A stretch of DNA of 22,887 bases from Chlamydiota bacterium (GTDB lineage Bacteria; Auribacterota; Tritonobacteria; UBA1439). Within the stretch, counting starts at the first letter, position 1. Every line of letters begins with the position of its first letter. The notes beneath the pieces were generated by a model that saw only the letters and a program-made list of their open reading frames with translations, made no database searches and was not told the DNA's origin. Both the position numbers and the translations under genes were made by a program. Shown one piece after another: positions 16,773 to 22,887 of the stretch. The stretch spans positions 1 through 22,887 of the forward strand of contig JBAXOY010000045.1 in the NCBI GenBank assembly GCA_037133055.1, written 5' to 3'.

Positions 16773-18839
16773 TCACAATGCCCCCGGCGCGGGACCACGG
16801 TCCGGGGCGCGCGTCCCGCGGCCGTCGAGGAGGCGCCCCAGCATCTCGCGAACGAGGAGCAGTTCCTTCGGGTCGCGCGCGTACTCCCATGTCGACGAGG
16901 CCACTTTCCCGACCGCATCCTCAATCCCGCGGTCCATGCCCGATTCCCCGGCCATGCGCAGGTACTCGTAATCCTCCATGCCGTCCCGGAGCGCCTCGAG
17001 CCGGATCGACCCCACCGGACCGGCCGGCCCCGGGTAGTAAAGCGCCCCGTTCCCGTTCTGATCCGGCCAGGTCATCGGGTCTTTCCACGGGTCAGAGAGA
17101 TGCCAGTAGTTCACGCACCAGTACACCAGGCCGGTGACCCCGATCCTCCGGCAGATCCACGGCAGGACGCGGACATCGAGCGACGAACCGTCGAGGATGA
17201 TCGTGGGAAACGGCCGCGTGGGGCTCGCCACGTAAAGCCAGATCTCCTTCCCCCGCTCCCTGAACCGCCGCGTCGTCCCGGGATCGAAGTTGTTCAGGCG
17301 GACGCACCAGATGTCCACGTCCGGGTACCCGTCCTCGGGCGTGCAGGTGAGCATGGTGCGGATGCCGGGATGCCCCTCGTGGATGAGGCGCGTGAGGCTC
17401 TTCACCCCCCGGTAGCTCTCGTCGATGACGTAGGTGTACGCGCGGCCGAGCCATCCGCGCTCCGCGAGGTGCGCCCCGTACGCCCTGAAGACGCCGCGGA
17501 CGGCGTCGGGCCCCGTGAACCCGTACCAGCCGTCGCTCCAGATGCCCTCATCCGGAGCGATCCGCGCCTCCGCCGCAATGCCGAAATCCGTCTGCCCCGC
17601 GCGCAGGCACTCTTCGACCCTCCGGTCGAATTCCCCGAAATCGAGAAGGTAGTTCCCCTTCGCGATCCCCACGAGCGAGGGGTTGCCCACGTTGTGAATG
17701 GGCGAAATCCTGTGGGCGAGCATATCCATGTAGTAGTCGCGGCACACCGCGTCACTCCGCGCCCGCCAGGCCGTCTCGGACTCCCCCGGGCGCTTCGGAT
17801 AGAACTTCCGTACGAGATATTCGTAGAAGTCGAAGCCGGTTTTCAGCGTCGGCGTCGCGGGAAGTTCGAAGGCCCACACCCGGAGCCCGAGCTCGACCGC
17901 CGTGCGGGGAAGCCCCTCCGGGGCGACCGTAATCCTTCCCCGGTAGTCGCCCGCGGGGGTGCCCGGGGGAACGTACACCGTCACCCAGAACGGCTGGACA
18001 TGGTCCCGCGGCACGTCAACGCCCCCCTCGTCGAGGGGCAGGAGCGGGTCCGGCCACGGGCCGGTCCTCATGACATCGTAGTAGGGCTGCCGCGTGCTCA
18101 CGTATTCGACGCTCCGCACCGTGATCCCATCCTTCCTGATCACGCCGGGACCGCGCAGATCCTCCGTTTCTATCGTCACCCCCTGGAGCGGCCAGGCCCC
18201 GGGGACGACGACGAGCTGGAACGACTCGAACTCGTTCCGCGCCGCGGAGAGACTCACACGGTCGGTCACCGGGCCGCGGTAGTCCCCTTTTTCCGGGAAC
18301 ACCTTGTCGAGCGGGCCGGCGTAGCCCACCGCATAGCCCCGGCCCCCGAAATCGCCCGGGGTCCAGAGACGCGGCGGCGTCAGCACGGCCTCGACCGCGC
18401 CCAGCGTCCAGTCGCGCACGCCCCGATTCGCCCAGGGGATCCTGACGAACCCCGCCCGCCCGAGGTGATCGCGCCCGTAATAGAAGAAGCCCGCCTCGAT
18501 CTCGTAGCGGCCCGCCCTTGCGCCGGCGGGGATCGCGCAGTGGAACGGCCCGAGACGCGCGGTTTTCCCCGGCGTCCACCGCCGCATCGGGATCGGGATC
18601 GCGACGTCGGCGTTGACCGCCGGGCTCGCGCCCCTGAAGTGGATGAACATGCTCGCATCCTGCTGGAACGCCGCGCGGGGAAGGACGGAGAGGGTCAGGG
18701 GAAACTCCTTCCCGAGCTCGACGCGGCCGGGGACCTCGATCCCCTCGATGCGGATGGAGGGAAACCTGAACCGCATCAGCCATCCCGCGGCGCAGATCAG
18801 GAGAAGGACGATGACCGCGGCAAACCTGAGGGTTTTCAT
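16773..18839 (-). CDS. exported/anchored Ig-like + GH123/DUF4091-like glycoside hydrolase domain protein
   Basis: ATG 18839 overlaps the upstream GT4 stop (ATGA). Signal/anchor MKTLRFAAVIVLLLICAAG. AARNEFESFQLVV, WPDPLLP, FWVTVYVP..TPAGDYRG, YVIDE, GNGALYYPG..GSIRLEALRDGMEDYEYL. Confidence 0.8.
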   Translation of the reverse strand: MKTLRFAAVIVLLLICAAGWLMRFRFPSIRIEGIEVPGRVELGKEFPLTLSVLPRAAFQQDASMFIHFRGASPAVNADVAIPIPMRRWTPGKTARLGPFHCAIPAGARAGRYEIEAGFFYYGRDHLGRAGFVRIPWANRGVRDWTLGAVEAVLTPPRLWTPGDFGGRGYAVGYAGPLDKVFPEKGDYRGPVTDRVSLSAARNEFESFQLVVVPGAWPLQGVTIETEDLRGPGVIRKDGITVRSVEYVSTRQPYYDVMRTGPWPDPLLPLDEGGVDVPRDHVQPFWVTVYVPPGTPAGDYRGRITVAPEGLPRTAVELGLRVWAFELPATPTLKTGFDFYEYLVRKFYPKRPGESETAWRARSDAVCRDYYMDMLAHRISPIHNVGNPSLVGIAKGNYLLDFGEFDRRVEECLRAGQTDFGIAAEARIAPDEGIWSDGWYGFTGPDAVRGVFRAYGAHLAERGWLGRAYTYVIDESYRGVKSLTRLIHEGHPGIRTMLTCTPEDGYPDVDIWCVRLNNFDPGTTRRFRERGKEIWLYVASPTRPFPTIILDGSSLDVRVLPWICRRIGVTGLVYWCVNYWHLSDPWKDPMTWPDQNGNGALYYPGPAGPVGSIRLEALRDGMEDYEYLRMAGESGMDRGIEDAVGKVASSTWEYARDPKELLLVREMLGRLLDGRGTRAPDRGPAPGAL

Positions 18840-20068
18840 TTTACCCCTGCGCGGAACGCCTCGATGAGCCGGTCCACGTTGCGCGCGATGTTGAACTCCC
18901 GCTCCACTTTTTCGCGTGCGGCATGCACGAGCCTCGACGCGAGCTCCCCGTCCCCGAGAAGCCTCTCGATCGCCGCGGCGAGGGCGTGCGGGTCGTTCGG
19001 CGGAACAAGGAGCCCGGTCTTCCCGTCCTCGACCAGCTCCGGGATGCCCGAGACGGCGCAGGAGACCACCGGGACGCCGATCGCCATCGCCTCCATGAGC
19101 GAGACCGGTATCCCGTCCATCACCCCGCTGCGCTTTCCCGCGGGCCGTGACGGCAGCGCGAAGACGCGCGCGCGGGCCATCATCGCGAGAACCTCCTGCG
19201 GCGTGCGCTCGCCCTCCATCGCGACGAGGCCCCGGAGCCGGTGTCGGTCGATGAGCTCCTCTATATCCTTCCGGTCCGGCCCGTCCCCCACGATCACGCA
19301 CCGGAACCCCGCGCCGCGGTCCCTCAGGACCGCCGCCGCCCGCACGAGCGTGTCGAACCCCTTGATGGCCATGAGACGCCCGACGGCGAGGATCGTGCGG
19401 GTCTCGCCGCTCCGGGCCGGCGCGCGCGGGAAGCGTGCAAGATCGAGCCCGCAGTGGAGGACCTCGACCTTCGCCCCCGCCCGCTCCCCGACGCGCGCGA
19501 GGATGAACCGGCGGTTGTACTCCGATATCGCGAAGAGCCTCCCGGCGGCGTCAAGTTTCGCATCGAGGAGGAGCTGGCCCTGGAAAATGTCGTGGGCATG
19601 GGCGGTCACCGTGAACGGGATCCCCGTGAGGCGCGAGATGACGAGGGCGGCGGTGGCCGGGTAGTTCGCGAAGTGCGCGTGGACGTGGCGCACCCCGCGG
19701 TCGCGGAGGACGCGCGCGAAGAGGGCCGTCTTCGGGAAGAGCGCCGCGGTCTTCGCGAGCTCCACCGGGCTGCGCCAGAGCCTCGCGGCGAGGAACGCCG
19801 CGGCGCCGAGGTAGGCGCGGGGCCGGGAGAAGAGGAAGCCGAGATTCGCCCGCACGAGAGCCCGGGAGAAGAGGTACGGCTCGTAGAGGGTCCGGGCGAG
19901 AAGCGGGCGCGCATCGGAGTCCATGATCTTCTCCGAGAACCCGCGGAGCGAGAGGATGGTGACCTCGGCGCCGCGGCGGGCGAGTTCCCGGATCTCGCGC
20001 AGCACGAAGGTCTCCGAGTAGCAAGGGAACATCACGACGACGTAGGCGACCCTCAGGCCCGTTTCCAC
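18836..20068 (-). CDS. glycosyltransferase family 4, WcaL-like
   Basis: GTG start. AYVVVMFPCYSETFVLREI, HVHAHFANYPAT, TAHAHDIF, VGRLMAIKGF, DGIPVSLMEAMAIGVPVVS. Confidence 0.92.
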   Translation of the reverse strand: METGLRVAYVVVMFPCYSETFVLREIRELARRGAEVTILSLRGFSEKIMDSDARPLLARTLYEPYLFSRALVRANLGFLFSRPRAYLGAAAFLAARLWRSPVELAKTAALFPKTALFARVLRDRGVRHVHAHFANYPATAALVISRLTGIPFTVTAHAHDIFQGQLLLDAKLDAAGRLFAISEYNRRFILARVGERAGAKVEVLHCGLDLARFPRAPARSGETRTILAVGRLMAIKGFDTLVRAAAVLRDRGAGFRCVIVGDGPDRKDIEELIDRHRLRGLVAMEGERTPQEVLAMMARARVFALPSRPAGKRSGVMDGIPVSLMEAMAIGVPVVSCAVSGIPELVEDGKTGLLVPPNDPHALAAAIERLLGDGELASRLVHAAREKVEREFNIARNVDRLIEAFRAGVK

Positions 20069-21441
20069 AGAAGCCTCCGCAGGCAGTGGGCGACGCTCTT
20101 CCGACGGGAGGAGAGGAACCGGGCGAGAGAGAAGATGCGGGCGTTGCGGACGTAGAACGAGAGGTAGGCGCGGGCCTGCCAGCGCTCGAGCTCACGCCGA
20201 CTGATATCCGCCATCTCGAGCGCCCCGCCGAAATACTTGTCGTAGTCGCTCCAGTTGCGACTGCGCAGCCTGTAGCCCCCCTCCCCCCGGCCCGCCATGG
20301 CGGCGATCTCTGTCCCGGGATACGGGACCATCACGCCGAAGGCGACGGAGGTCGGGTTGAGCTCGCGGGCGAAGGCGATCGTCTGCCGGATGGTGTCCCG
20401 CGTCTCGCCGGGGTGGCCGATGATGAAGAACGCCGCCGTGCGGAGTCCCGCGCTCTTCGCGAGACCGATCATCTCGCGGGCATTTTCCCTGGTGATCCCC
20501 TTGTGCACCCGGTCGAGAATTTCCTGGTTCCCCGACTCGATCCCCACGCCGACGCGCACGCACCCGGCCTCGCGCATCTTCGTGTAGAGCGCGAGTGAGC
20601 GGCAGTTGACCCGCGCGTTCGCGAACCAGGGCGTCGTGTGGAGCCCCTTCGCGATGAGGAGGTCGCAGATCGCCGTCGCCCGCTTTTCGTCGAGCGTGAA
20701 GACCTCGTCGGAAAACGAGATCTCGGACGGCCGGTAGCGCGCGACCAGCCACTCGAACTCCCGCACCACGCCCTCGACGCTCCGGGAGCGGACCCGGTCG
20801 CCGAGGACCCGCATGCAGAAGCTGCACTGGTAGGGGCAGCCCCGGGAGGAGAAAAGCTGGTACTCCCGGGAGGGGCCGTACAGGTCCCACGCGGGGAACG
20901 GCAGGCTGTCGATGTCCTGCCGCCACGGCCGCGGCGGGTTCGACCCCGCGGCCCCGCCGCGGCCGCGAAACGAGACGCCGGCGATGCCCGCGAACCCCTT
21001 CCCGAGGGCGAGGGAGTCGGAGAGTTCGAGGAGCGTCTCCTCCCCTTCCCCGGCGACGACAAAATCGAATGCGGGGAACTCGTCGAGCGTCTCGACGGGG
21101 ATTGCGGTCGCGTGGGGGCCGCCGATGACGGTTTTGAGATCCGGGAGCAGGCGCTTCGCGGCCGCGGCGATCTCGGCGGCTCGCCGCACCTCGTGCGTCA
21201 TAGCGGTGACGCCGAGGAGAGCCGGCGAAAACGCCTTGATTCTCGCGAGAACGGCGTCGAGCCCGAGCCGGTCGAACTTCGCGTCCGCGATGCCGACGGG
21301 GAACCCCTGTTCCCGCAGATACGCGGCGAGGTAGCCCAGGCCGAGAAGCGGCATCCGGTACCATCCACCCTGAACGATCTCCTCGGGCGCCGGGTTCACC
21401 AGCAGCACCCTGAATCCCCGCCGCGCCTCATTCAGTTCCAT
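20053..21441 (-). CDS. B12 (cobalamin)-binding domain radical SAM protein
   Basis: ATG 21441 overlaps the GT2 end. VLLVNP, PLLGLGYLAAYL, GGPHAT, GEGEET, SSRGCPYQCSFC (CxxxCxxC), FSDEVFT, GIESG, FIIGHPGET, PYPGT. Confidence 0.92.
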   Translation of the reverse strand: MELNEARRGFRVLLVNPAPEEIVQGGWYRMPLLGLGYLAAYLREQGFPVGIADAKFDRLGLDAVLARIKAFSPALLGVTAMTHEVRRAAEIAAAAKRLLPDLKTVIGGPHATAIPVETLDEFPAFDFVVAGEGEETLLELSDSLALGKGFAGIAGVSFRGRGGAAGSNPPRPWRQDIDSLPFPAWDLYGPSREYQLFSSRGCPYQCSFCMRVLGDRVRSRSVEGVVREFEWLVARYRPSEISFSDEVFTLDEKRATAICDLLIAKGLHTTPWFANARVNCRSLALYTKMREAGCVRVGVGIESGNQEILDRVHKGITRENAREMIGLAKSAGLRTAAFFIIGHPGETRDTIRQTIAFARELNPTSVAFGVMVPYPGTEIAAMAGRGEGGYRLRSRNWSDYDKYFGGALEMADISRRELERWQARAYLSFYVRNARIFSLARFLSSRRKSVAHCLRRLLWKRA

Positions 21442-22532
21442 GTGGGTCTCCCGCGCCGCGTGAAATAGACCGCCGTTCCATAGAGGGCGGCCGCGTTGCC
21501 GGAGAAGAACTTCCTCGCCGTGGAGGAGATCTTTTTCCCCGGCCCCGTCTTCCACGGGAGCGCGCAGAGCGCCGCGGCGGCGAGCGCGGCGAGCCCACAT
21601 CCGGGGGCGAGCGCGAGCATCGAGGCGCCGAGCGCGAGGAGGAGCAGCGGCATCACCAGCCGGACGGCCTTGTGCGAAAGGAACTGCCAGCAGACACGGG
21701 GCATGCGGGGCGACAGAAGCCCCCGGCAATAGATGAGCTGCTGCCAGTTCCCGGCCGTGACGCGAACGCGGCTCCTGAAGTTGCCCATGCGCGGGTCATG
21801 GTCGTCGACGACCGCCCCCTCCTCGAGCACCATTCGGTGCCCCCTGCTCACCATGAGGGCGGGGATCACGAAGTCGTCATTGATCGTGTCGGGCGGCGGC
21901 CGCACGAAAAGCTCGCGCCGCAGGGCGTACATCGCCCCGGTCGCCCCCATCAACGTCGCCCAGCGGCTCTGGGCCCTCTTGATGGCGAACTCGTAGTCCC
22001 AGTAGAGGAGCTCCCCCGCCCTTCCCTCCCGATCGAGGCCCGGCGAGCGGTAGTAGCCGCACACGCCGCCGACGGCGGGGTCCGCGAAGTTCGCCGCCAT
22101 CGCGCGCAGGGCGTCCGGGCGAAGCATGCCGCTCGCGTCGGAGAAGACGAGAAGCTCGCCGCGCGCCCGCGGCACCGCGTCGAGAAGCGCCTTCAGCTTC
22201 CCGCGCCGCTCAGCGAATTCGATGAGGGTCACCCCGCGGGGCGCGTACCGGCGGGAAATTTCGGCGGTCCGGTCCGTCGAGCCGTCGGAGATCACAAGTA
22301 TCTCGACCCTGTCGCGCGGGTAGTCGAGCGCGAGGGTGTTCTCGATCTTCTCTCCGATGACCCGCTCCTCGTTCAGGGCCGTGATCAGGACGGTCGCCGA
22401 GGGGGTGATCTCCCCCTTGCGCACCGGCCGCGGGAAAAGCCGCGCAAGGAGAAGGGCCAGGAGCGGGTAGATGAGATAGCCGTAGGCGATGAGGGCGGCC
22501 GATATCGTGAACACCCACGCGGAGAAGGTCAT
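21432..22532 (-). CDS. glycosyltransferase family 2 (membrane-anchored, IcaA/CESA-like type)
   Basis: N-terminal TM. ITALNEE, SDGSTDRT, RRGK, FSDAS, GATGAMYALRR, INDDF, and RSRVRVTAGNWQ followed by SHKAVR and C-terminal TMs. Confidence 0.92.
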   Translation of the reverse strand: MTFSAWVFTISAALIAYGYLIYPLLALLLARLFPRPVRKGEITPSATVLITALNEERVIGEKIENTLALDYPRDRVEILVISDGSTDRTAEISRRYAPRGVTLIEFAERRGKLKALLDAVPRARGELLVFSDASGMLRPDALRAMAANFADPAVGGVCGYYRSPGLDREGRAGELLYWDYEFAIKRAQSRWATLMGATGAMYALRRELFVRPPPDTINDDFVIPALMVSRGHRMVLEEGAVVDDHDPRMGNFRSRVRVTAGNWQQLIYCRGLLSPRMPRVCWQFLSHKAVRLVMPLLLLALGASMLALAPGCGLAALAAAALCALPWKTGPGKKISSTARKFFSGNAAALYGTAVYFTRRGRPTWN

Positions 22533-22537
22533 CGTAT

Positions 22538-22565
22538 AAATCCCAAATCCCAAATCCCAAATCCC
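22538..22565. repeat. perfect heptamer tandem repeat (AAATCCC)4, read as GGGATTT on the coding strand
   Basis: Four exact copies at 22538, 22545, 22552 and 22559, ending 5 nt upstream of the GT2 ATG. Confidence 0.95.
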
Positions 22566-22584
22566 GACATAGGGCGCAGGGCGG

Positions 22585-22887
22585 TCATGCGTGGGGTGCC
22601 CCAGCGTCCAGCCGCGCGATCAGCTCGCCCACGGGGGCGAAAACGAACTCGTCGAGGAGCCTTCCGAGCTTCGCGGCGTTCTTTTCGATGCCTCCGTAGT
22701 GCCGCCAGTGCGCCACGCGCGGGAGGCGCACGTCGGGGAGACCCGGGTCGAACTCCCACGGGTGGGCGAACACCGCCGCCGGCTTTTCCTTCCGGTGCGC
22801 CGCCCGGATCGCGGAGCGCGTCCACGCGTAGGGGAAGAGCCTGAGATACCCTCCTGCCGCAGCCGGGATCGTCATTCCCGCACACCG
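22585..22887 (-). CDS. polysaccharide deacetylase family protein with DUF3473-type C-terminus (5' end outside window)
   Basis: IPAAAGGYLRLFPY, FAHPWEFDPGLP, RHY and KLGRLLDEFVF are characteristic of the C-terminal part of XrtA/PEP-CTERM-locus-type deacetylases. The frame is open to the window edge. Confidence 0.8.
   Translation of the reverse strand, partial: RCAGMTIPAAAGGYLRLFPYAWTRSAIRAAHRKEKPAAVFAHPWEFDPGLPDVRLPRVAHWRHYGGIEKNAAKLGRLLDEFVFAPVGELIARLDAGAPHA

Noticed and set aside
18840..19301. N-terminal extension of the GH123-like ORF (and likewise 21442..21729 of the radical SAM ORF)
   Set aside because: It overlaps the upstream glycosyltransferase. Downstream ATGs give coupled starts and sensible N-termini.
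16668..19664. 998-aa plus-strand ORF and other long antisense or alternate-frame ORFs (e.g. 5204..6772, 7108..8640, 10158..11561, 14435..15841, 21672..22844)
   Set aside because: They are shadows of well-supported genes in GC-rich DNA: Arg/Pro/Gly-rich with no recognisable motifs.

Overview
GC-rich bacterial DNA with 18 supported CDSs (one truncated by the right edge). I recognise no rRNA, tRNA, CRISPR array or mobile element. Left part: a secreted eight-repeat PQQ/BamB-like beta-propeller protein, a cobalamin-binding radical SAM enzyme, and a minus-strand fused membrane/spermidine-synthase-like gene. That gene diverges, across two sigma70-like promoters, from a plus-strand operon: cupin, LivKHMGF-type ABC transporter, and a metallophosphoesterase with an internal transmembrane hairpin. 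Right half (11871-22887, all minus strand) is a surface-polysaccharide locus: DUF3473-type polysaccharide deacetylase (partial), GT2, a second B12-radical SAM, WcaL-like GT4, an Ig-like + GH123/DUF4091-like protein, a second GT4, a membrane-anchored CBM-like + Ig-like protein, and a GT-C-fold membrane glycosyltransferase with a C-terminal CBM-like domain. The most notable observations are: (1) short ORFs that bridge operon spacers with ATGA overlaps at both ends, one containing a 4x heptamer repeat whose copy number would switch the frame relative to the GT2 gene; (2) an Ig-like domain shared by two genes of the glycan locus; (3) a radical SAM enzyme embedded among glycosyltransferases. All family calls come from motif recognition by eye, not database searches.
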